A stretch of DNA of 63,788 nucleotides, counting the filler, from Octopus bimaculoides (taxonomy: Eukaryota): the NCBI RefSeq assembly GCF_001194135.2. It is 5 parts of 5 records of this genome, joined end to end, with 100 filler letters (N's around TTAATTAATTAA, not from the genome) between each part and the next. Parts side by side here need not be neighbours in the genome. Positions count along the whole stretch, not along the records: positions 1 to 22,390 come from NC_068994.1; positions 22,491 to 28,785 come from NC_068998.1; 3 more parts are not named here. One strand, written 5' to 3'. Below are positions 14,058 through 26,206 of the stretch, one piece after another (position 1 is the stretch's first letter; every line of letters starts with the position of its first letter). Under the pieces are notes generated by a model. That model had not been told where the DNA came from. It ran no database searches and saw only the letters and a list, made by a program, of their open reading frames with translations. The position numbers and the translations under genes were made by a program.

Positions 14058-16929
14058 TCTGAAAAGAAACTCCAACATTTAAAATGTAGTTCTGGTTATG
14101 GCTATGTCATAAGGAAATGTGGCCAAAAGACAGGTCATCATCAAAGATCATCAGGCCAAGTTTGGACATACTTTGTAGGAATTATTTATGAAGAATGATT
14201 GACAGAGGTGGGTAAGTGGGTGAACGAACAAGTTAGTGAATGAGTGAGTGAGAGATCAAAACAGAATAAGTTAGTAAGTGGAAAACAGAGTCTACAGAGA
14301 GAAGCACATTTTATCACTAAGTGCAGTGACTGTTTTTTGATGATGTTGAAAGGAGATTGTCATTTTCCTGTTGGGGGGATGTTTTTTAAAGAGGTTTATT
14401 CATTGATGTGGTCTACATTAGGTGTCTAAGTTGTGTGTGTATGGTGGGATGGTGCTTATGTTAGAAATATAGAAGGGTAGTTAATAGTATTCGCAGAGGA
14501 GTAGGTGTGGGGGGGGGGATTACAAATAACAATAAGTATAGATTATTGATGGAGAGAACCAAAACAATGAATAAATAAATAAATAGATATAAATTGAAAT
14601 ATAAAAAACGAAGAATGAAGAAAATATTCCTAAATAGGTGCAAGCATAGCTTTATGGTAAGAAGCTTGCTCCCCAAGCATATAGTTTCAGGGTCAATTCC
14701 ACTGCATGGTGCCTTCATAAGAGTCTTCGACTATAGCCCCATATGAGTGGATTTGGTAGACAGAAACTGCAAGAAGCTCTGTGTGTGTGCATTTCTTCTA
14801 TTTCTCTATTTCTCTTTTTAATTTGGAGTAAGTTTTGAGGAGAGTAAGTAACAAACTTTATTTTTTGGAAGTTTGTTACTTACTCTACTGGTCTTTTTTT
14901 TTTTTCCTGTTGAACTTCTAAGTTACAAGGACATATGAATAAAGCGACTCTAATTGTCAAGTGGCATGGAACAAATACAAAGTAAGAAACAAACAAACAA
15001 GCAAACAAACAAAAAGAGAAAGAAACAGACAAACAAGCAAAGAGAGGGGAAAGGAAGAAAGAAAGAAAGAAAATGGACTTTCACACAGTTTCAATCTTCT
15101 AATCTCACTTACAAGGCACTGGTCAACCTGGGCCAATAGTCCAAGATATTTGTCCAAGATATTGCACAGTGGCACTGAACTCAAAACCATGTGGCTGCAA
15201 AGAAAGCTTCTTAATCACACAGCCATGTCTGTGCCAAAAAAATCCACAGCAGAATCAAACCCTGGACCTTGTTATTAGAAAGCAAACGTCTTTACCGCTT
15301 GGCCATACATCATCTACATCCAGACTGTCCTGACAATAACATGACATACACTGAGTAATTTAATTAAGTAACATGTCTTGCCTTGGGATACAACATGGTT
15401 TATTATTAAGGCAGCAGAAGCATTTGTACAAGTATCAATATATATGGTATGAATAGACGGCAACTGTTTGGATGAGAGTGGCAGGGTAGAAAGTGTTGTG
15501 GTGTTGTTCACAGTGGAAAGATACTAGTGACAGTCAGCATGATATGAAAGAAGACAGGAAAATGTGTACAGAAATTAGTAGGGGTAGGGGGTCACATTTT
15601 GAAATGGAAGGTCACACACAATATGACATCAGATCAGGAATAAAAATGATATTTTTACAATGTCCATCACATGGCTGCATGATGTGAAGTGGTGGTGGTG
15701 GGTGGGTGAGGAGGGGATGAAAATATTAGGATAATAGAAATATTATGGTGGTGGTGGTGGTAAAAATGAAGGAAAAGGGTCAAATAAAGAAGAAAAAGTA
15801 GGGAGTGAGGCTGCAGTTCTTTGTAAGTGATATTAGAAGGGGTGATTGCAATAAATATGTGAGATTAGGATATTCAATAGTTAATCTTTTAGATGGTACA
15901 AGTCAGTGTAACAGGACAGTGACTCACAAGACGACACAGGTTAGTAATGCATGTCACTGTCACAGATCAGTGAACCGGTCAGTGGTAAGGTCAGCACCAC
16001 AGGTTTGTGGCATAGGGCACTGACACAGGTCAGTGGTTGGTGATAGGGTGTTACAGAAAGATGACATGATGTAGGCTGCAAGGAGAGATAATTGTTGCAG
16101 TGTTGTTAACATGATGAGGTCTTGAAAAGGAAGACACACTGGACTCGACAGGAAGAGAACAGGAAGTAAGAATGTATCCTCATCTTCATCACTTTGCACC
16201 CACTTTTCATGCTGGCATGGGTTGGACAGATCATCACAGTCAAAGTCAGCACATATTCGTCGATATATCTAACCTATGTCGAAGCACCTAGAGAGTACTA
16301 GGTGCTTTTTTCCCCATTACCCCAGTAATAGTGTCATGTCTTTGACAGGCATAGAAGGTCCTCAGAACCCCACATTTCTTGCCCACTTTGCTTATACAAA
16401 ATAAGAAGTAGGAGTGATAAAGACATGAATGATAGTGATGTGAGGGATGTGTGATAAACATTGGAGTGATAGGAGTAATCAATATTTTGTGATAAGTATT
16501 CAAAGCAATAAAACTTGACTGAAATGACAGGGATATGACAGAGGTCTAGATGACCCAGGAAACAGGGATGACAGAGGCCTAGGAAGTGTAGAAGGGAAAG
16601 AACAAAAGTATGCTGGCAGTTAGAGTGACACAGAGTGATGAATGGCTGAACAAGAGAGGAGGGTGAAAGTAGAATGAACTAGGCAGAATGTGGTCCGATA
16701 CAGACACATACACCCTGGGGTTTTAAAGAAGAGAGTAATGACTGGAAGAATTGAAGGTAGGTAAGTCATGTGTCAATGAATGGCCCAAAGAAGTGTTATG
16801 GACGGAGTCAGAATAGTGGAACACTTAACTATGCTAAAAGCAATGTGTGACATGCAACATAAATCCACTACTATATTTGGTCATACCAGAGACATAGAAG
16901 AGCAGAAATGAAAAGAGTGGTGTGAGTGA

Positions 16930-17230
16930 TCAGTAAAGAGGGTAAAGACCCCCTTCAGTCATGAAAAACCATGAGATTACACCTACAAGGTTCCCCTCCA
17001 AAACACAAGTCCAGGCAAGGTTGTTTATGGAAGAACAGCAGTTGCCCATGTATACCAGCCTCCCCTTTTCCATGCCACTTTTGTTATCCAAGGGAAAGGC
17101 AAAAGCCAATATTAGTGACATTGCAACTCATTTCTACAGCTGAGTGAACTGGAGCAATGTGAAATAAAGTGTCTTGCTCAAGAACACAACACGCATCCTG
17201 GTCGAGGAATCAAACTCATTACCTCATGGT
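16930..17230 (-). mobile_element. SINE-like repeat (family E)
   Basis: Reverse-complement similarity to 51240-51490 (ctttgcctttcccttcgataac...gtattcatgaccgaaggggg). Confidence 0.55.
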
Positions 17231-17908
17231 AATTACTTCATAGGCAAATGGTTCAGTGTGAGTGATTAAGTGATGAGCAACAGGTGTGGGTGAAAGAAGA
17301 CAATGTACAAAGTATGGAAGAGGAGCAACAAAGATGAGAAAATGCAATGTGTGACAAACAGAAGATATGCACTGCCATCCTTCATGACACCAAGTTAATC
17401 TATGCAATGGGGCTGCAGAGGGATAACACAAATCAAAAGAACTAATTGAAGCAGGAGTACTGTGGGATCACTGTTATTATAGTCAGAATATAGAGAGGAA
17501 AGACAATGAGGGGAAGACCTGAAGTTTGAGGATTTGGGAATAACAGTGATAGGGTACAAATATTTGGTTATCAAATAAAAGGTTGCTTTCTTATACAGAG
17601 TTTTGAATATGTGCATGTGTTTGTGTGTGTGAGAGATAGAGATGGTATCATCATTATTATTTTAGTGTCCATTTTTCCATGCTAGCATGGGTCAGACAGA
17701 ATCTGCTGAGGCAGATTTTCTATGGTCAGACGCCCTTCCGGTTGCCAACCCTCACCTAATTCCAAGCAAGGTAATATTTTCCTATGGCCAGACATGTTTT
17801 CCAGGGAATACTGGAAACGAATAACATCATCTTGTATGATAGTGATACTTATCTTACAGCCGTCACATGTTAAAATAAGGGTACACACAAGCACACACAC
17901 ATACATAT

Positions 17909-17952
<44 letters not shown>

Positions 17953-18984
17953 CAGGCTTCCTTCAGTTTCCACCAACCACATTCATCCTCAGGGCTTTGG
18001 TCAGCCTAGGGCTATAGCAGAAGACACTTGCCCAAGGTACCACACAGTGGAACTGAACTCAAAACCGCATGATTGGGAAGCAAGCTTCTCAACCACAGCG
18101 ACATACGTATTTTAAACTTCCATTTAGGATTTAGATGTATGTAAATATGTAGACAGGCGTGTGTGTGTCTGTGTGTGTGTGTGCGTGCGCTCGTGTATTT
18201 TTAATATTCGAATATAAGAAAGGTGTGCTTTTGCTGTATAAATTTGTGTGTGTGTATGTTTGTGTAGATGTACGTTTGCTTGTATCTGTCGGTGTATGTG
18301 CGTGTGCATTTGTATAAAAACGTATTAATGTGGTTGACCCGATATGCATTTCATATGAAATCATCTAACCATGAATTATCGTGAATGAGAGTAAGCTACT
18401 CAAGAGTTGCTTCCCTTACATTAGACAACGTAAACGGAAAGTTATGCGCTGCACACCCACATTTTTAAATAGGACTTGTATTTCTTTCTGCGGAGGCAAT
18501 CACATCTTTTATCTTTTATCGAATAAATCGACCTGAATACTTCTTAAGTCAAGCACTTATTCCCTTTTACTGAAACACTAAGTTACAAGGACATACACAA
18601 ACCAACACCTGTTATGAAATGAGGGTGGGGTGGAGCAAACAAATTTATCATACACACACACACACACACACGAATATGGTAAGCTTCCATACAGTTTCCA
18701 CTTACTAAGTTCACTCAAATGGTATTGGTCAGCCTAGAGCTATAGCAAAAAAACAGTTGCTCAAGGTGCTGCACAGTTGGATTGAACCCAAAACCACAGG
18801 TATACAAAGCGAGCTTATAAACTACATAGCTATACCCTTGCCTATTTTTACCCTTTTTTTCTAATTTTTACTGAGGCACCACTTCTCAGAGTTGCAGTCA
18901 ATCTGAAATTTGGGGGAAGAATTAAGTTAATTAAATTGGCCCCCAGCATTTTACTGGTACTTAGTATAATCATAAGTATAAGAC

Positions 18985-20269
18985 TAAGAATGTTGGGGGA
19001 GGGATTTTAGTCAGTTACATCAATCCTCGTTCTTGACTGGTACTTTATTTTATTGAGTTTGAAAGAACGAAAGGCAAAATTTATCTTGGTAGGATTTGAA
19101 CTCAGAGAGAGCCAAATCATATATCATAAAGTATTTTGCCCAACTCTCTGACCAGTTTCCCAATCCAAATTTAATAATCATCATCATCATCATCATCATC
19201 AACATCTAACGTCCATTCTCCGTACCGGGCATGAGTTAGACGGCTTGACTGGAACTGGCAAAGTTGGATGCCGCGCTAGGCTCCAGTCATATGTTTTGGC
19301 TTGGTTTCTATATCTGGATGCCCTTCCTAACACCAACCACTATACTTGTAATAATAATAATCCTTTCAACTATGGTCACAAGGCCTGAAATTTTGGGTGT
19401 GGGGACTAGTCAGTTACATCTACCGCAGTATTTCACTGGTACTTATTTTATCTACCCCAAAAGGATGAAAGGCAAAGTCGCCCCTAGTGGAATTTGAGCA
19501 CAGGCAAAATAACGCTAAGCATTTCATCCAGCGTGCTTAATGATTCTGCCAGTTTGCTGCCCTCAATAGTAGTAATAATAATAATAATAATAATCATTCC
19601 TAATGGAGGCACAAGGCCTCAAATATTTGGGGTGGGGGACTAATCGATTACATTGACTCTAGTATTTCACTGGTACTTAATTTATCAACCCCAAAAGGAT
19701 AAAAAGTAAAATCGACCTCAGCGAACCTCAGAACCTAGTGACGGGTGAAATACCACTAAACATTTCATCCAGCATCTTAACTATTTTGCCAGCTTGCCAC
19801 CTTAATAATAATAATAACCTTTCTATTATAAGCACAAAGCCTGAAATTTATGGTGGGAGGGAGCAAATTAATTACATCAACCCCAGTGTTTTGCTGGTAC
19901 TTAATTTATTGCCCCCGAAAGGATGAAAGACAAAGTCAACCTCGGCAGAATTTGAACCTAGACAGATGAAATACCGCAAAGCATTTCACCTGGCCTCCTA
20001 ACGATTCAGCCAGCTTTCCACCTTGATAATAATAATAACAATGATAATAATAATAAATGTTTCAAATTTTGGCACAAAGCCAGCAGTTTTCAAGAAAAGG
20101 GTCAAGTTAATTAATTCAACCCTAGTCCTTCACTGATACTTAATATAATTCACCCTGAAAGGATGAAAGGCAATGTTGACCTTGTGGAATTTGAACTCAG
20201 GATGTAAAGACGAACAAAATGCCACCAAGTAATTTTCGTCTGGTGTGCTAATGATTCTGCTAGGTCACC

Positions 20270-20307
<38 letters not shown>

Positions 20308-21505
20308 TGATGATGATGATGATAATAATTCTTTCTAATATAGGTGCAATGCCTGAAACTTTTGGGGAAAGGACTAGGTGATTACATCAATCCCAGTGTT
20401 TCACTGGTACTTGATTTTACTGACCCCAAAAGGAAGAAAGGCAAAGTCGACCTCGGCAGAATTTGAACTCAGAATGTAAAGGCAGACATTATGCCACTAA
20501 GCACTTTGCCCAGCATGCTAATGATTCTGTTAGCTTCCTGCCTTAATAATAATAATCCTTTCTACTATAGGCACAAGGCCTGAAATTTTGGAGGAGCAAG
20601 GATAGTCAATTACGTCAACCCCAGTGGTCAACTGGTACTTATTTTTTTATCAAACCTGACAGGATGAAAGGCAAAGTTGGCCTCGGTGGAATTTTGAACT
20701 CAGAATATAAGGATGGATGAAATGCCACTGGACATTTTGCCTAGCATGCTAGCAATCCTGCCAGCACATCAGTTTAATAATAATACTAATAGCAACAATG
20801 ATAAGGATTTCAAATTTTGGCACAAGGCCAGCAAGTTCATGGTAGAGAGTAAACCAATTACATCAACCCCAGTGCTCAACTTATACTTACTTTTTATCTA
20901 CCCTGAAAGGATGAAAGGCAAAGTTGATCTCAGTGGAATTTGAACTCAGAATATAAAGACAGACAAAAGGCTGTTGAGCATTTTGCATGTTCATTCTACC
21001 AGCTCGACACAATCATAAGATGATGATGAATAAGAATAACAATGGTTTAAAATTTTAGTACAAGGCCAGCAATTTTAGCAAGGTGGGTAAGTTGATTACA
21101 TTGACCCCCCACCCCGCATCAGTGTTCAAATAATACTAAAAGGGTGAAAAACAAAGTAGACCTTGCTAGGATTTGAACCAAGAACATAATGACTCAGAAG
21201 AAAACCACTGAGGATTTTGTCTGGTATGCAAACGATTCTGCCAGCTCACCACACTGATATTAATAATAATAATAATAATAATGATAATCCATTCAGCTAT
21301 AGGCACAAGGCCTGAAATTTGTGGGGAGGGGGATAAGTCAATTACATCAACCTCAGTACTCAACTAGTACTTATTTTATCAAGCCCTGAAGGGTGTCAAA
21401 GGCAAGGATAACCTCAGCAGAATTTGAACTCAGAATGTAAAGATGAACAAAATGCAGCCAAGCATTTTGTCCATCATGCTAATGATTCTGCCAGCTCACC
21501 ACATT
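18985..21505 (-). repeat. Head-to-tail array of ~10 diverged family A SINE copies separated by (AAT)n
   Basis: B-box complement (tttgaac-like) recurs near 19095, 19493, 19725, 19951, 20190, 20462, 20693, 20940, 21172 and 21423. Confidence 0.8.
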
Positions 21506-21509
21506 ATTG

Positions 21510-21575
<66 letters not shown>

Positions 21576-22043
21576 GAACTGGCAGTGACATAAAGGGTCA
21601 TTATTACTTGTATAGGATGTGATTTGCAGACTTTGTTATCAGAAAACAGCAGAACTTTCAAAAAATGTTCAAAGAATGTAACTTAGAACCCAAACTTAGG
21701 AAGCATTCAACTTAGTTAACAACTACAATATGACTTGACTTAATCATGGAGAAAGTTTGATAACAATGAACTTGAGAAAAAAAAAACAAAAAAAAAAGAA
21801 AATATAACTTTACACTATTAAGCTTCCTTTTTTTTATTTGTTTTAGAAAAAATAAAAATATGATTTGTCTCTCAAGTCAAATGTTGCTTTTTGTGAAAAG
21901 AAGACAAACTTTTATCTTTCCAAAACTCAGTTGAGACTTGAAACTTTACAAAAAATCTAAGTATAATAGCACTAATTTCCAATTTTAACTACTTTGATGG
22001 CCTTTTGATTATTGTTTTCCTGGTAATACACGTATTACGAACC

Positions 22044-22390
22044 AGGTGATACACGAAGGAGTCATACCCTATGACTGGTGTAGCAGCATCATAGTCAACT
22101 GCTACAAAGGTAAAGGGGACGCTTTAGATACAAATAATTACAGAGGCATCAAGCTGTTAGATCAGGTTATGAAAGTTACAGAGAGGGTCATAGCCCAACT
22201 AATTAGGGAGCGAATCAATTTAGATGAGATGCAGTTTGGGTTCGTGCCAGGTAAAAGCACTACTGATGCCTTATTTCTAGTGAGACAGTTGCAGGAGAAA
22301 TACCTAGCTAAGGATAAACCTCTGTACCTGGCTTTCGTTGACATGGAGAAAGCCTTTGACAGGGTCCCCCGATCCCTTATCTGGTGGTCA
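22044..22390 (+). mobile_element. RTE-clade LINE reverse transcriptase fragment, truncated by a gap
   Basis: Open frame IPYDWCSSIIVNCYKGKGDALDTNNYRGIKLL...MQFGFVPGKSTTDALF...LAFVDMEKAFDRVPR, the N-terminal motifs of a non-LTR RT. Confidence 0.9.
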
Positions 22391-22490
22391 NNNNNNNNNN
22401 NNNNNNNNNNNNNNNNNNNNNNNNNNNNNNNNNNTTAATTAATTAANNNNNNNNNNNNNNNNNNNNNNNNNNNNNNNNNNNNNNNNNNNN
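22391..22490. other. Artificial 100-bp scaffolding spacer (44 N + TTAATTAATTAA + 44 N); also at 28786-28885, 44583-44682 and 61228-61327
   Basis: Identical layout four times; TTAATTAATTAA gives a stop codon in all six frames. Confidence 0.9.
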
Positions 22491-22498
22491 ATATATAT

Positions 22499-22555
<57 letters not shown>

Positions 22556-22590
22556 TATATATAAATATATATACATATATATATATATAT

Positions 22591-22633
<43 letters not shown>

Positions 22634-23080
22634 TGTATATATGTATTAATACGCTTATATGGATATATGCATATATGTATTAATACGCTTCTGTATATAT
22701 GTATATAGACAGAGGTTTGCGACATCTGTTGAGCTGATTAACATATCAGCAGTGTCTCGCTGTGAATATATAAGTGAAAGGCGTGGTTGGTGATTGAGGT
22801 GAGTGATGACTGTCAACTGGGGTGGTGACATCGTGTGCATGTCAAATCATTTGTCTTCTCTTCGGGGTATACACGTTCACAAACACACCACAATGGCACA
22901 CACACACACACACGCACACACACATACACATAGCTACCACAGTATATCTGCATACACAAGCGTACACACACACACATACATACATACACACATTTTGAAT
23001 TTATTGTTATTAGTATTATGAACTTACAGGAACACACACATACGCACACACACACATGCACAGATACGTACAAAGTTTTG

Positions 23081-23122
<42 letters not shown>

Positions 23123-23749
23123 GAGAGAGTGAGAGAGAGAGACAGAGAGAGAGAGACAGAGAGAGACANNNNNNNNNNAGAGAGAGTGAGAGAGAGAGAC
23201 AGAGAGAGAGAGACAGAGAGAGACAGAGAGAGAGAGACAGAGAGAGACAGAGAGAGAGACAGAGAGAGAAAAAGGTTGTGAGGGAGAGGTTATGTCAGAG
23301 AGAATTATTCATATCTATGTATGTGTATACATATACAAGTGTGTCTATACATATGTGTGAGTGTGTATACATGTATATGTATGTGTATACATATGAACAT
23401 GTTAACGTTATACGTATGTGTGAATATTGTGTAAGTATATAGAGAGGGCTATACCAAATAGGTTGGATCAAAAGATAGACAGATAGACAGACAGACAGAC
23501 ATATAAATAGATACATTGTTTGATAACAGTCAGACAAATTTATGGATATTTACATATTTATATGTGCGTGTGTGTGCACATCGTTTATATATCTATATAT
23601 ATTTATATATTTATTCATACACATATGTATATGTATGTGTATACACACATTATACTCTCACATTTATATTCATATAAACAGATAGATTGGTAGATAAATA
23701 AATATAGATAAGATAAATAGTTAAATATATTGAGAAGTAAAGACACAGT

Positions 23750-23864
<115 letters not shown>

Positions 23865-24402
23865 GTAGGTAGATTGAGAGACAGAGAAAAAATAGACATA
23901 TAGACGTATTTACAGAGTTAAAGACTCATATTTAGATATGTTAAGGTACAAAGATATACACAGTGAATCAGTGAATCAGTGAAAAAGAATAACAAAAACG
24001 AAACGAAACAAAACAAAAACACTCCCAAAATAACGAGAAACTAGGTGAGTTGATAGAAAATGAATTGTGAAGAGGATAGCAGAGTTAAATGATATAACAG
24101 CTCGAGTAGGAAAAATGGTGGCAATTGTAGTGTCACCAGGAAGCTGTGATTGTATTCATCTCGAATAATAAAAACAATGACAATAACAAGAGAAAACAGC
24201 GTGAACCCATATACCTACAACAGATACAACAACAAGGACGGCAACAGCAAGAAGATGAATAAGTAAAACATCTAAATAATATGTTGAAATATTTTTGAAA
24301 GCTATAAAATACAATTTAAAAATGACATTCAAAATTGACAACATATTTTGTACAAATGTCCACCCATTCTTATCATTTGTGTATGTATGTGTGTATGGGA
24401 AT

Positions 24403-24460
<58 letters not shown>

Positions 24461-24514
24461 ACACATACACACACATATGGATACACACATATATATATAT
24501 ATATATATAGATAT

Positions 24515-24553
<39 letters not shown>

Positions 24554-24753
24554 TATAGATACATTTCTTTTATTAGCCACACAGGGCTCAACAAAGATGG
24601 GACAAATACAATGAAAAGCTTTTCTTTTTAGGAGGGGGAAGGGGAAAAAGTAGGGGGGTGTCGATCAAAACGGATCGTAGAAAGGAAAAAAGGGGGAGTT
24701 CGATCAAAAGGGATCGAGAAGAAAAAAAAAGTGGGGGATCAATAGGGATCGTG

Positions 24754-24840
<87 letters not shown>

Positions 24841-25402
24841 TAATGTATACACATGTGTATATGTTGCTTTCTTTTGTGTATATGTATGTCTCTAATCCAC
24901 CAATTCTATGCAGGGAAGAAACTCGCTTGTCTCAACCTCACCACCACCATCCGCCGACACGACACACACCAAAGCAAAATATTCCTGAAGAGAATGGATA
25001 AAACAAAACAGACGCTTATTTTCCATTTTTCTGTTTTGCAATATATTTGTTTAAGCTAAAAGTTAACTTTGGTAAGGTGACTATAAAGTCATTTGACGTG
25101 GATGACGTAAAAGAGTTATGGACTCCGGGTGGAGGATGACAGGACGGGAAAAAAACCCCGGGTAGATGAGAGAGAATGGTTTGAAAGAATGGGAGAAACG
25201 GGTAGGAAGAAGGAGAGAGAAAAAGTAAAGACAGATAAGACAGGGAGACAGAGATAGAGAGAGAGATTAACATAGGGGGGAAAGAGAAATGCAGAGTAGG
25301 GGATAGCTTGAAGAAGAAAATAGTGCATGTGTAAATATATGTGTAGACACAGTCCTATTTATGTGTATATCCGTATGTGGGTGTATGTATATGCTTATAT
25401 AT

Positions 25403-25486
<84 letters not shown>

Positions 25487-25657
25487 ACATATATATACAA
25501 ACATATATATACATATATGTGTATATATATGTACATATATATGTATATGTACATATATATGTATATATATATATATGTATCTATATACATATATACACAT
25601 ATATATGTATATATATATATATACATATATTTGTATATATATATATATGTTTATATG

Positions 25658-25707
<50 letters not shown>

Positions 25708-26027
25708 TGTATGTATGTTGAAGAGATAGAAAGGGGGTAGAAGAAAATGAAATCACTTGAACAGTTTCAATGAGTGAACGAGTATTTTTTTTTGTTTCCT
25801 TTGTAGGTGAAGGAGGGTGTGTGTAAATATTTGAGGGAATCTGTAAAAGTAATAAGTTGTCAAAACGAAGTAAAATAGTTTAAGATGTGGTACAGGTGGC
25901 GAATAAACTAAAACAATCTTCACACTTCCATGTCATTGTTCTGCCCTGTCATTGTTGGTTAATGCAAGTCTTGAAGAGTAGAAACCTTTGTGCGCATATA
26001 TAGAAATATATATATATATATATATAT

Positions 26028-26206
26028 ACAGGGTGTTCAAAAAGACTCTCCACAGTAAGTATTTAATGGTTTTCGGGCGATTCTTGTACACTGTTCCTTT
26101 ACTTGCTCCCCAGAAAAAATTCTGGCATTGTTAAATCAGATGGTCTTGGTGGCCAAAGTCCCTTCGAAATAATACGTTCACCGAAAACCTCTTGAAATAG
26201 CGCCAT
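26028..26206 (-). pseudogene. Tc1/mariner transposase remnant with a TIR-like end (tacagggtgttcaaaa)
   Basis: Minus strand reads MALFQEVFGERIISKGLWPPRPSDLTMPEFFLG, then after a frameshift KGTVYKNRPKTI; compare the WPPRSPDLTPxDFFLWG motif. Confidence 0.7.

Noticed and set aside
16282-16312. 10-bp perfect hairpin followed by a T-run (terminator-like)
   Set aside because: Isolated, in a eukaryotic context, and with no associated gene or repeat copy; plausible by chance.
24640-24750. G-rich units with repeated gatc-N-gatc mini-hairpins
   Set aside because: Appears to be the 3' part of a SINE-related repeat; G-runs are too irregular to claim a quadruplex.
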